41,744 nt of DNA from Candidatus Hermodarchaeota archaeon (GCA_048885525.1 JBHLLP010000032.1:1-41744), one strand, 5' to 3'; positions 1 through 9,847 are shown, counted from the first letter of the stretch. A program made the numbers and translations. The notes: generated by a model not told the origin, from the sequence alone.

Positions 1-160
1 CCGGGAATCTTGCGGATTATTGGGCCGCAAGCGGATGTCCTATTCGAGAATCTCGGGGTCAACGTCTTCATGCGACTAACCCGAGCATATCGCAGCTTGT
101 CGCGCTCTTCATCGGTGCCCAAGCCAAGATATCCACCAAATAGCGGAGGCGTATTGGCGT
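1..160 (-). rRNA. rrl: 23S rRNA gene, 5' end (runs off the left edge)
   Basis: Reverse complement reads TTTGGTGGATATCTTGGCTTGGGCACCGATGAAGAGCGCGACAAGCTGCGATATGCTCGGG, matching the conserved 5' domain I of archaeal 23S. The mature 5' end (~155-165) is approximate. Confidence 0.95.
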
Positions 161-243
161 CTAGTTGAGGAAAGATTCAGATTACTTGTATAAGGGTATG
201 CGTATTCGGAGACAATAACTCAATTGAGCAAATTTAGAGACTA

Positions 244-554
244 CTCAATATTGTTAATGACGATTTGAGACGATTATAAGAAGACATAAATTAAATAGGG
301 AGTATGTTCTTATGAGCATGATTTTTCATGCTTGACACTGGTTTACTTGAATCAACCAAGGTGGTGGTCAATTCAAGCACTCATATCCTGTAGTACCAGT
401 TTTTATTGATAAGTTTTTACTGATATACTTCAATGAGGCCTATGCCAGCTATTAGTCATATATCATCGTTAATAGATGAGATATTTTTATAACCAATAAC
501 TTGTCAACGATATCTTAGGAGTTTTTTTTGGAACTCAATAAATATCATCGGCAA
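244..554. ncRNA. Highly structured non-coding region, probably the 5' external transcribed spacer of the stand-alone 23S gene
   Basis: Nested inverted repeats: 244-268/456-480, 276-313, 315-332, 337-400 enclosing 346-377, 401-438, 501-554. No ORF in the track. Confidence 0.5.
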
Positions 555-595
555 AATATTAGAATAAATCCTTGATTAAAAATTTTATGGTCTAA

Positions 596-612
596 TTTTT
601 ATAAGTTTCAAA
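596..612 (-). promoter_or_regulatory. Candidate BRE+TATA promoter for the 23S gene
   Basis: Minus strand GAAA-CTTATAAAAA is a purine-rich BRE followed by a TATA box pointing toward the 23S. The AT-rich background limits certainty. Confidence 0.45.
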
Positions 613-799
613 GGGAAATCACATGGTTTGAGGAGTATTAATTAAATGGTTAATAAAGCGAGTATTAAAAAAATAGGTGAATTAACAGAGAGTACAAATT
701 AGAAAATATAGTAACTTTTATAGTTTAATTATGAATACCTTAAATTATTATTAATAGATCCATACGATTTCGAAGGGATATTCGAGAGTTTATTAGAAA

Positions 800-1681
800 T
801 TGGATGCAATGAATGATAAAAAGATATTAATAGGTACATCGGGGTGGGGTTATGATGAGTGGGTTGGCCCATTTTATCCAAGAAATTTAAGGAAGGAGGA
901 TTATTTGTTGTTTTATTCAGAGATCTTTTATACGAATGAGATCAATACAACATTTTATAATATTCCCTCTAGATGGGTTGTTGAAGGCTGGGTTAATAAA
1001 ACTCCGCGCAATTTTTTATTTTCAGCTAAACTCCCTCAATCTATTACCCACGAACATAAATTAGATATAAATGTATGTTTGGATGATCTGGATTATTTCC
1101 TAAAAGCAATGGAGCCACTAATTGAGTCGAGAAAACTATTGGCGTTTTTGATTCAGCTACCGCCTTATTTTAAGAAGGAGGAACATTTTAGTAATCTAAA
1201 GGAATTTATTAACAATTGGCCAAGATCTCTTGAAAATGATGATTATTATTTAGTTGTTGAGTTTAGAGATAAGTCTTGGATGGATAATGAGGTATTTAAT
1301 TATTTGAGGGATGAATCATTGACATATTGTGCAGTTATTGAGCCTCTTTTACCTCCAAGGATGGATATTACAAATCCAGCTTTTGCATATATTAGATTTC
1401 ATGGTTATGGTAAGAAAATTTGGTTTGATTATTGTTTTAGTGAAGAAGAAGTTAGAGATTGGGCCTATTCAATTAAAAATGTAATTCCAAAAGTTGATAA
1501 AATTGGCATATATTTTAACAATCATTTCTCGGGATATGCGGCTAAAAACTCTTTGATGTTAATGAAAGAATTAGGTGTTCAACCTAAAAATTCACCAGAA
1601 AGGGTAAGAGTATTAGATATTAAGAAAAAGACAGGAGAATATTCAAAGGGGCAAGTTGGTTTAGATAAATTTATAAAATAA
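800..1681 (+). CDS. DUF72 (YecE-like) protein with C-terminal PIP-box-like motif
   Basis: IGTSGW, EINTTFY, SAKLPQSITHE, IQLPP, VEFRDKSW, YIRFHG, YFNNH motifs; C-terminus QVGLDKFI. Confidence 0.9.
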   Translation: MDAMNDKKILIGTSGWGYDEWVGPFYPRNLRKEDYLLFYSEIFYTNEINTTFYNIPSRWVVEGWVNKTPRNFLFSAKLPQSITHEHKLDINVCLDDLDYFLKAMEPLIESRKLLAFLIQLPPYFKKEEHFSNLKEFINNWPRSLENDDYYLVVEFRDKSWMDNEVFNYLRDESLTYCAVIEPLLPPRMDITNPAFAYIRFHGYGKKIWFDYCFSEEEVRDWAYSIKNVIPKVDKIGIYFNNHFSGYAAKNSLMLMKELGVQPKNSPERVRVLDIKKKTGEYSKGQVGLDKFIK

Positions 1682-1703
1682 AACTGTTTGGTTACAATAG
1701 CTT

Positions 1704-2711
1704 TTGAATAAAAGAAGAGTAAGAATTGGTTTTATTGGAGCTGGTTCTATAGGAAGTTTATTTGGTGGATATTTAGCAGATAATAAATCCGATATTTATT
1801 CAATAGAAATTATTTTTTTTTGTATGGAAAATCATGCTAATGTGATTAATAAGGAAGGGTTAAAATTATACAGAAATCAGGAAATAAGAACGGTTAAAAA
1901 CATCAAAGCATATGAAAACGAAAAACTAATTGAAGAAAAAATAGATCATGATTCAAATTTTAAATTTGATTTTGTTTTTCTTACAACAAAAGCATATGAT
2001 ATAGAATCAGCGATATTTCAATATAAGAAAATACTTAACGCGAGTAAGTGTATGGTGATTTTACAGAATGGAATTGGAAATGAAGATCTAGCAGTCAAAT
2101 ATTGCAAAAAGACAAAGATTATTAGGGCTGTAACAACAAATGGCGCTCTATTAGATAAACCAGGGCATTTAATTCATACTGGGAAGGGCATGACTAAGAT
2201 TGGATTTCCATTTCTTAAGGACAATAATTTAAAAGTAACCGAAGTTGAGCAGGCCAAATCAGTTTTAACATTATTAGAGGATATATTAAATTCAGCTGGT
2301 TTGGAGACGATTATAGTTGAAGATATTATTAAGGAATCTTGGGAGAAGACATTAGTTAATATTGGGATCAACGCAATTGGTGCTTTAACTCGTTTAACTA
2401 ATGGAGAAGTATTAAAAAATGCAGAATTGAAATATTTTATTGAACAAGCGATTAGTGAAGCTATTATGGTCGCAGAGAAGAATAATATTGAACTTTCTAA
2501 AAAGAATTTTATAGCAGTAGCATACGATGTTCTTAAAAAAACATCGAATAATATGAATTCTATGCTACAAGATATATTAAATCGAAAGAAGACTGAAATA
2601 GACTTCCTAAATGGAAGAATTTTAAAGATGGCTGCAAATTTAGATTTTAGGGTGCCATATAATGAATTTTTAACATGTTTAATAAAAAGTTTAGAAAATT
2701 CAACAATTTAA
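1704..2711 (+). CDS. panE: Ketopantoate reductase (PanE/ApbA)
   Basis: GAGSIG Rossmann motif, TKAYD, LQNGIGNE, WEKTLVN, NSMLQD, TEIDFLNG. Confidence 0.9.
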   Translation: MNKRRVRIGFIGAGSIGSLFGGYLADNKSDIYSIEIIFFCMENHANVINKEGLKLYRNQEIRTVKNIKAYENEKLIEEKIDHDSNFKFDFVFLTTKAYDIESAIFQYKKILNASKCMVILQNGIGNEDLAVKYCKKTKIIRAVTTNGALLDKPGHLIHTGKGMTKIGFPFLKDNNLKVTEVEQAKSVLTLLEDILNSAGLETIIVEDIIKESWEKTLVNIGINAIGALTRLTNGEVLKNAELKYFIEQAISEAIMVAEKNNIELSKKNFIAVAYDVLKKTSNNMNSMLQDILNRKKTEIDFLNGRILKMAANLDFRVPYNEFLTCLIKSLENSTI

Positions 2712-3247
2712 AAATACTTCGCGTTTAGAGTCATAAAATATGCGCTTTCTCCATCTCGATAATAATTTTTTTTAATAGATTCAATTTTGTAATTGAATTT
2801 TTCATACAATCTAATTGCTGTATAATTCGAGACTCTTACTTCTAAAACGCATTCATGAATTTTGTATTTCTTTATTGCAGCCATACTTTGTACCAATAAT
2901 GCTTTAGCTACTCCTTTTCTTCGATATTCTTCAATGACTGCGATTGAGACAAGATGTCCTTTATTAATGTATTTTAAGCTATTAACAGATGGAGCTTTTT
3001 CAACTCTCCACATTATATAAGCTACTATTTTTCCATTTTTATTTTGAGCCACTAAGAAACAATCCGGAAAATTATCAAGTATGCTTTTATAAAAAAAGTA
3101 TGGATAATCTTCTGGTAATTCTCTCTCATTTATATCTATAACATCGTCTAAATCCTCTAATCTACATCTTCTAATAAAGAATTCTGGGTCAGTATTGGTT
3201 CCATTGAATGTGTCTATCTTAATTTCCTTATTAGTAGTCATTGTCAT
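2708..3247 (-). CDS. ard1: N-terminal acetyltransferase, Ard1/RimI GNAT family
   Basis: LPEDYPYFF, GHLVSIAV..EYRRKGVA, LEVRVSN..AIRLY, YYRDGESAY, typical of archaeal Ard1/Naa10. Confidence 0.88.
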   Translation of the reverse strand: MTMTTNKEIKIDTFNGTNTDPEFFIRRCRLEDLDDVIDINERELPEDYPYFFYKSILDNFPDCFLVAQNKNGKIVAYIMWRVEKAPSVNSLKYINKGHLVSIAVIEEYRRKGVAKALLVQSMAAIKKYKIHECVLEVRVSNYTAIRLYEKFNYKIESIKKNYYRDGESAYFMTLNAKYF

Positions 3248-3347
3248 CGATGTTGATGTGTTTTAAAATAAAAAATAGCCTTGGTACTATATGGAATATA
3301 ATAATAAAAGCTTTTAAGTTTTTATGAATTGGTGAATGCGGAAGTTT

Positions 3348-4145
3348 TTAAAATTTTACGATATCAAATGCAGTTTTTTTTTGTTTTTCAATATAATCAA
3401 GGATGAGATTTAAAGTGTCTTGAATATTTAATTTATTATTAAAGTTGCTGACAATTTCTTTTAAACCTGTTTTGTCTAATTTCTTTAATTTCTTTGCGGT
3501 TTTTATCATTTTGGGTATGACTCTTACAATATTGTCAACAATAGTGATATCGGCCCATAAAGCTGTTCTACTTAAAGGATTTAAATCCACTGCGATAACG
3601 GTTTTATTTAATTTTTTCAAGTTTTCAGTTCTATCTCCATCTTCTAATGGGACCATCACTACATCGGCTTGTGCTATTAATTCTACCTTTCTTCTATTGC
3701 TTTCAAAACCCTCAAGTTCAATCATCTTTTTCGGATCAGTTCCATATATCTCTTTGGCTCCTGCTTTTTGTAATACTTTTTTAATTGCCTCTATTCTACC
3801 TTCTTTTTGATAAAATAAGTTAATCTCAAGAGGAGCATTTAAAATATTTGATAATATTACGATGTCTTTTGGAATTAATGCGGCAACATTTCCATTTACA
3901 CTGATGATAGGTCTATTAGCTAATAATAGAGAGGCTACAGCTGCTTCAATGGCTTTTTTGGCAGATTTATTGGTTCTTTCGCCTATAATATAATCAAAAC
4001 ACTCTCCTCTTCCGTGTGCGATCAATCCGGCTTCAGCAACCACTAAATTTTTCATACCTTCGATTATTTTATGACGATATTTTAAACTTTTATAGCGGGG
4101 GTGAGACTTAGGAACTGTATGATCTTGATTTTCGTTCGAAGTCAT
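3348..4145 (-). CDS. pps: Archaeal phosphopantothenate synthetase (4-phosphopantoate--beta-alanine ligase)
   Basis: VPKSHPRYKSL, GLIAHGRGECFDYIIGE, SVNGN, VPLEDGDR, DLNPLSRT. Confidence 0.93.
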   Translation of the reverse strand: MTSNENQDHTVPKSHPRYKSLKYRHKIIEGMKNLVVAEAGLIAHGRGECFDYIIGERTNKSAKKAIEAAVASLLLANRPIISVNGNVAALIPKDIVILSNILNAPLEINLFYQKEGRIEAIKKVLQKAGAKEIYGTDPKKMIELEGFESNRRKVELIAQADVVMVPLEDGDRTENLKKLNKTVIAVDLNPLSRTALWADITIVDNIVRVIPKMIKTAKKLKKLDKTGLKEIVSNFNNKLNIQDTLNLILDYIEKQKKTAFDIVKF

Positions 4146-4239
4146 GAGATTTTAAAACCATTAATATTGTTCTTTATATAGATTGATATAAAGAAAAACT
4201 ATTAATCTTTTGTATAATTTTTCAATTATGTAGATATAA

Positions 4240-5514
4240 ATGAGTTCAGTAGCGAAAAAAAAGCCTAATGATTTAAGGATTTATAAAACAAAAAAGCTAT
4301 TAGAAGATCTGAAAAGTAAAAAAGGATTTCATACAGAATTAATTTCAGTATATATACCTCACGATAGGAAGATTTCAGATGTAACAAATCACCTAAAAAA
4401 TGAAATAAGTGAAAGTCAAAATATAAAATCTAAATTAACAAGAAAAAATGTATTAGATGGCATATCTAGTCTTCTGGGTCAATTGAAAAACATAAACGAT
4501 GTTCCTGAAAATGGATTGGTCATGTTTTCGGGAGCAATTCCCCAGAATAATACACCTGGAACAGAAAAAAATGAAATGTATATTTTAGTACCTCCTGATA
4601 GAGTGGTAACTTTTAGATATCATTGTGCTAACGAGTTTCTTTTATGGCCTTTAGAAGATATGTTAATGCCTAGAGATACCTATGGATTATTAGTTATAGG
4701 ACGAGCAGAATCTGCCTTAGGTTATATTAAAGGTAATACAGTTGAAGTAGTTAGAGAATTTACATCAGGTATCCATGGGAAGCATAGAGCCGGTGGTCAA
4801 TCTCAAAGAAGATTTGAAAGGTTAATTGAGGAAGGAGAGAAACAATTTTATCGGCGAATTTCAGAAACCGTGAATGAACTTTTCTTACCTATGGAGGATT
4901 TAAAAGGTATTTTTATAGGGGGTCCTGGCCAATCAAAAGAAAAATTTGTTAATGATGAGAGTTTAGACTATAGATTACGAGAAAAAATTTTAGATGTGGT
5001 TGATCTTGGCTATGGAGGCGCAGAAGGGATTCGAGCTTTAATAGAAAAAGTGAAGGATAAAATAGAAGATGTGAAATATATTCAAGAAAAACAAGTAATG
5101 CAACAATTTATGAAAGAGATTTCAATTGATTCAGGTTTAGCATCCTATGGATTGGAAGAAATACAAAGAGCATTAAATTATGGTGCTGTGGGCACATTAA
5201 TACTTTCAGAAAAATTAAATATCTATAAGGTTAAATTAGAATGTTCTAATTGTGAGTTTATTGAATATAGAAATATTAAAGAAAATGAACTTGAAATATC
5301 TAAGGGAGATATTCAAGATGAAATTTGCCCTAAATGCTCATCAAATACATTTAATATAACTGAAAAGAGGTCAATTATAGAAGAACTAGGAGAAATTGCC
5401 GAATCAACTGGAACAGATGTTATTATCTTATCAACCGAAACTGAAGAAGGTGAAATGTTATATAGTACTTTTGGGGGAATCGCGGCAATTCTTCGATATA
5501 AAATTGATTATTAG
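4240..5514 (+). CDS. prf1: Peptide chain release factor aRF1
   Basis: NIKS, GGQSQRRFER, GGPG, CxxC/CPxC minidomain, FGGIAAILRY. Confidence 0.97.
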   Translation: MSSVAKKKPNDLRIYKTKKLLEDLKSKKGFHTELISVYIPHDRKISDVTNHLKNEISESQNIKSKLTRKNVLDGISSLLGQLKNINDVPENGLVMFSGAIPQNNTPGTEKNEMYILVPPDRVVTFRYHCANEFLLWPLEDMLMPRDTYGLLVIGRAESALGYIKGNTVEVVREFTSGIHGKHRAGGQSQRRFERLIEEGEKQFYRRISETVNELFLPMEDLKGIFIGGPGQSKEKFVNDESLDYRLREKILDVVDLGYGGAEGIRALIEKVKDKIEDVKYIQEKQVMQQFMKEISIDSGLASYGLEEIQRALNYGAVGTLILSEKLNIYKVKLECSNCEFIEYRNIKENELEISKGDIQDEICPKCSSNTFNITEKRSIIEELGEIAESTGTDVIILSTETEEGEMLYSTFGGIAAILRYKIDY

Positions 5515-5571
5515 AGGAAAAAATCCAGCAATTTATAGAGGAACTAATTAAAAAAGGGTTTAAAATACAAA

Positions 5572-6564
5572 ATGGAATTAAGAGATTTGTTAATAAATTT
5601 AAAAATTATAATGTTTGGGGGGAAAGGGGGCGTTGGAAAAACTAGTTGTGCTGCAAGTTCAGCAATATGGGCAGCGGAACATGGAAGAAATACATTAATT
5701 ATAAGTACTGACCCTGCACATTCTTTAGGTGATAGTTTAGGGATTGAATTACAACCCGGGATTCCTACTCCTCTTGAAGACATTGAAAATCTGACTGCCT
5801 TAGAGATTAATCCAAAAGCAAACATGGCAGAATTCAGAGGATTAACCGACATGAATCCCTTAGAAGAAATGGGCATGGGAGATATGATGGGAGAGATGCC
5901 GTTGATTGGTGATCTAGAAGACTTGACTTCAATGAATCCCCCTGGAATTGATGAGGCTTTAGCATTTGGTAAGATATTAGAATTTATAGAAACTGAACAT
6001 GATTATGATTTAGTTATCTTTGATACTGCTCCTACAGGTCATACATTAAGATTCTTAAGTCTCCCTGAAACACTTTCTGGTTGGATTGGTAAGCTTATAA
6101 AAATGAGAATAAGATTAGGGAATATGTTTGGTGCATTAAAAAGGATGTTTACTCGTGAAGAAAAGAAAAAAGATAAATCTTTAGATGTATTAGAAAGGCT
6201 AAATCAATCGATTATAAATGCAAAAGATGATCTTACCAATCCAATTAAGAATTCTTTTGTAATAGTAATGATTCCAGAAGAAATGGCAATATTAGAAACT
6301 GGACGTTTACTTAATGAATTAGTTAAGTATGATATTCCCGTTTCTAATATCGTTGTAAATCAGTTATACCAAGATAATACAGAATTATGCGATTTTTGTA
6401 AAACCAGAAGAGAAATGCAACAAAAAAACCTTAGTAAGATAAAAGAGGTATTTAATAAGAAGTTGAATAAAATTGTAATTGAAGTCCCATTATTCAAGGA
6501 AGAAGTAAGAGAATATGATAAATTAAAGGAATTAGGGAAATATTTAATAAGGGAACATAATTAA
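5572..6564 (+). CDS. Get3/TRC40 (ArsA-family) ATPase
   Basis: GGKGGVGKT, STDPAHSL, PGIDE, DTAPTGH, Met-rich insert (MGMGDMMGEM), C-terminal CDFC; single ATPase domain. Confidence 0.9.
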   Translation: MELRDLLINLKIIMFGGKGGVGKTSCAASSAIWAAEHGRNTLIISTDPAHSLGDSLGIELQPGIPTPLEDIENLTALEINPKANMAEFRGLTDMNPLEEMGMGDMMGEMPLIGDLEDLTSMNPPGIDEALAFGKILEFIETEHDYDLVIFDTAPTGHTLRFLSLPETLSGWIGKLIKMRIRLGNMFGALKRMFTREEKKKDKSLDVLERLNQSIINAKDDLTNPIKNSFVIVMIPEEMAILETGRLLNELVKYDIPVSNIVVNQLYQDNTELCDFCKTRREMQQKNLSKIKEVFNKKLNKIVIEVPLFKEEVREYDKLKELGKYLIREHN

Positions 6565-7544
6565 GAAAGTTCTTGCAATAAATTACAATAAGTACATATG
6601 TTTTTACTTCCACATGGATAACCACATATTTGACATGAATTATACTTTTTTTGTTCTTTATGATTATAGAGAGTTTCAGATAATTCTAAAAATCCATTTA
6701 ATAAATTGAATTCAATTTCTGGGCTATATTTTTTACACGTTTGGATAAAATCTAATACTCTTTTTCTAATTATTGGATCTTTTTCTCTGTAAGGGCAATG
6801 GGAACGGTAATAATCAAATTTTTTAATATTTGAATATAAAAAGATTTCTTCTTCAGGGATTCTCATTAATGGTGAAATTTTCTTTATATAATAATGATTT
6901 AACTTTTCATTTTCTTTTTTAAATAAATATTGATTAGAAATAATATCCAAACGTTTATAGAGAATATTCATAAGGTAAGTTTCTGCGAAATCGGTAAGAT
7001 TATGTCCCATTGCTAAAATGGTACCACCTAATTCTTTAGCACCATCATTCAATAATCTTCTTCTTATTGTTGCACAATAATTACAAGCATATTTATAATC
7101 TGGAGTTTTTTTTTTGAATTCAATAATCTCATCTAAAGTATATCCAATTTTTTCTTTAAATGAGATGATCTTGTGATCGATATCATATTTCTTGCAAAAT
7201 TCTCTTGCTTTTTTAATACCATTTTCTCTATATCCTTTAATTCCTTCATCTATGATTAAAGCTATAACTGATTTAGATTGGTGTGTTTGATTTTGAATAT
7301 TATTCAAATTATATAAAAGTGTAGTTGAATCTTTACCTCCTGATAAAGCAACTACAATTCTATCTTCAGGTTTTAGCATTTGATATTTCGAGATTGTTTT
7401 ATAAATTAATTTTTCAATACTTTTTTGAAAGCATTCGGTACAAAGATTTTCTCCAGAATATTTTCTTTGTATTACAATAGTATTACTGCAGTGTGAACAT
7501 TTTCCTTTTTTCAAAAAAATATTATAATTAAACATTAAAGTCAT
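6561..7544 (-). CDS. tRNA 2-thiouridylase, TtuA/Ncs6 family
   Basis: N-terminal CxxC..CxxC, PP-loop SGGKDS, CNYC..RR, GHNLTD, CPY, C-terminal CxxC..CxxC. Confidence 0.9.
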   Translation of the reverse strand: MTLMFNYNIFLKKGKCSHCSNTIVIQRKYSGENLCTECFQKSIEKLIYKTISKYQMLKPEDRIVVALSGGKDSTTLLYNLNNIQNQTHQSKSVIALIIDEGIKGYRENGIKKAREFCKKYDIDHKIISFKEKIGYTLDEIIEFKKKTPDYKYACNYCATIRRRLLNDGAKELGGTILAMGHNLTDFAETYLMNILYKRLDIISNQYLFKKENEKLNHYYIKKISPLMRIPEEEIFLYSNIKKFDYYRSHCPYREKDPIIRKRVLDFIQTCKKYSPEIEFNLLNGFLELSETLYNHKEQKKYNSCQICGYPCGSKNICTYCNLLQELS

Positions 7545-7565
7545 TTAAAAAAAAATTGTTAAAAA

Positions 7566-9380
7566 TTAAATCCAAAATAGAAAATCGCCAAATTTTATAA
7601 AAGATAAGATAATATTACCTGCAACTATAAACAATGTGAAGTATCGTAGAAGATTTAAAAGTGTAGTTTTAATTTTTCGTTTTTCATCATACCAATATTC
7701 ATAAGAGATCTCAATAAGAGAACCATCTTTTATTTTTGTTGTTTCAGGAAGATTTAAAGCCACAGCATCTTTAAATCCATCACCAATGTTATCAATTAAA
7801 GAATACATATCTTCAGCTAAAGTTATTTCGCTTTGTTCCCTTATTCCAAATTGTTCCTCTATTAAAATTTTGACAGAATCTACTCTTTCGACTCTATATT
7901 CTGATAAATTGAGATCTTTCTCATCTTTTTTGAATTGAACTTTCTCTGTTTTTTTCTTTGTAGTTTGAAAATCCTCTCCAAAGCCCCAATTAATTAATTC
8001 TTTAACCATTCTATCTCCATCAAACACTGGTAAAGGAAGCATATTAAAAAGAGTAATACTGAAAGCAATAAAATAAAGCCATATTATTTCTCTTAACCAA
8101 AATTCTGGCCAAAAAGGTGTAAAAAATTTTGCAAAGTTATTTTTATGCATAAAGTATGAATTACTGTATATTCCAATTTTCACACCTATTACTTCAACTT
8201 CCAATATATAGTTATCAGATACAGTACTTAAATTAATAGTATTTAGATTAAATTCAGTTAATGCTTTTTCTAATGTATCTCCGCTAATTCTATTTATTGA
8301 AATATTATTTATTTTTGTAATATTTAATCCAATAGTCAAGCCTTTATCATAATTATTTCCTCCTTCACTTGCTGAATAGATTCTAGTAATTTGTAGTTCT
8401 GTATCAGAGATATATTCATAGAGGATCCCAATATAATATCGAGGTCCTACGGTTACATTTTTCTCTGAAAAGCTATCTGTAGAAGGACTATAGATTTTGA
8501 ATGTTAAATTATCCCCGATGGAACATTGTAAGCTAGTTCTATTATTTAAGATATTGTCAAGAGTTTTTCCAGCATAATTATCCAGAAAGACATATTCTTC
8601 ATCTCCAGTTCCCTCTTTTTTAATCGCTAGTATAACATCTTTATTAGTTAGATTTCCATAATTAATTCCTCCGTCTGCTTCTGAGATTACACTGTGCACT
8701 TGAGTGACATGTGTATAAAAGGGTGCTATAATTAGCGGAAAACTTAATAATAGGATGAAAGCGACTCCTGTTGTTATAGCATTTATATATGTCCCAGCAG
8801 CTGCGATACGTAATCTAGTATTCCTGCGAAATTTTCTGGAGCTTACTGCTCTTTCATCAACTTCAACAAAAGCACCAAATCCTATAATAAAAAAAAGTCC
8901 TGCTCCAAGAACTCCAGTAGATTTAATATCTACTCCCTCAGCGCTCGCCGCAATTCCATGAGCAAATTCATGTGTAGTTATAATAAATAATAATGGAAGG
9001 ATTAAATAAAACAACATAGGTAATTCGATTGTCACACCGGGAATAAGAAGAAGCACAGCTTGTTCAATACGGGGACTAATAATCAAATTAATAAAGTTTG
9101 TAAAAAAGAAGTATAATGCATAGATTGTAAAACTAAATGACACAAATATACCTATAGTCCAAAAAACTTTCCAAAATTTTGGAGCTTTTCTTGAGATTTT
9201 AGTTATTAATCTATTTAATTTCTTTGTTTTAAACATTGCGAGTAACGGAAACCAGAGATAATATGCCTCTTTTCTGTTTCTTAATAAACGAACTAAAAGT
9301 AAAACAAAAACCCAAAATATTAATGATAAAAAGAACCATGGATTTAAAATAAAATCTAAAATTACATCAATTACAGACAT
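7566..9380 (-). CDS. Site-2 protease (M50 intramembrane Zn metalloprotease) with PDZ-like repeats
   Basis: IPGV, HEFAH, GAFVE, AAAG, NMLPLPVFDG; several hydrophobic segments. Confidence 0.92.
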   Translation of the reverse strand: MSVIDVILDFILNPWFFLSLIFWVFVLLLVRLLRNRKEAYYLWFPLLAMFKTKKLNRLITKISRKAPKFWKVFWTIGIFVSFSFTIYALYFFFTNFINLIISPRIEQAVLLLIPGVTIELPMLFYLILPLLFIITTHEFAHGIAASAEGVDIKSTGVLGAGLFFIIGFGAFVEVDERAVSSRKFRRNTRLRIAAAGTYINAITTGVAFILLLSFPLIIAPFYTHVTQVHSVISEADGGINYGNLTNKDVILAIKKEGTGDEEYVFLDNYAGKTLDNILNNRTSLQCSIGDNLTFKIYSPSTDSFSEKNVTVGPRYYIGILYEYISDTELQITRIYSASEGGNNYDKGLTIGLNITKINNISINRISGDTLEKALTEFNLNTINLSTVSDNYILEVEVIGVKIGIYSNSYFMHKNNFAKFFTPFWPEFWLREIIWLYFIAFSITLFNMLPLPVFDGDRMVKELINWGFGEDFQTTKKKTEKVQFKKDEKDLNLSEYRVERVDSVKILIEEQFGIREQSEITLAEDMYSLIDNIGDGFKDAVALNLPETTKIKDGSLIEISYEYWYDEKRKIKTTLLNLLRYFTLFIVAGNIILSFIKFGDFLFWI

Positions 9381-9578
9381 AAGTTTCCATCAAAACGTTT
9401 TCTTTTTTATATCTAATTTACATAAAAAGTTAAAGTTATTGGTTATAATATTAGACTTTTTGACATTAGAAGGATAAATGCTCTTAAAAATAGAAAAAGA
9501 TTAAATTATTAGTTTATAATGTTATATATATATAATTGTATTAAATCATATACGAATTAAACCCATTAATGCTTTCAA

Positions 9579-9689
9579 AGCGGGGTGGGCTAGCCTGGTT
9601 TATGCCGCAGGGCTCATAAGTCGTAGAGCTTATACCCATCTCATTGAGATACCCTGAGATCGTTCGTTCAAATCGAACCCCCGCTACCA
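9579..9689 (+). tRNA. Initiator tRNA-Met(CAT) with a 32-nt intron at 37/38 (9619-9650) and encoded CCA
   Basis: A1:U72 acceptor AGCGGGG/CCCCGCT, CAGGG/CCCTG anticodon stem with three consecutive G:C pairs, TTCAAAT T-loop, BHB central helix CTCA/TGAG, 3' ACCA. Confidence 0.93.
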
Positions 9690-9847
9690 TTATTTATATA
9701 TTCTTTGATCTGCAAATAATCTACGAATAAGGATGTTTTAAGAAGAAGTGTCCTTTAATATTTCTGGTTTAATAATTATTCCTATATTAAAGAAAGATTT
9801 ATTTATAAAATATTAAAATAAGAGTAAGGTTTGAGTGGAGTTAAATA

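Noticed and set aside
167-190. GAGGAAAG resembling the RNase P RNA 5' conserved motif
   Set aside because: No GTCC continuation and no recognisable 3' P4 partner; it directly abuts the 23S gene on the opposite strand.
4240-5514. Looked for prfB-like frameshift or readthrough regulation in aRF1
   Set aside because: The ORF is continuous with intact NIKS and GGQ and a normal ATG and stop.
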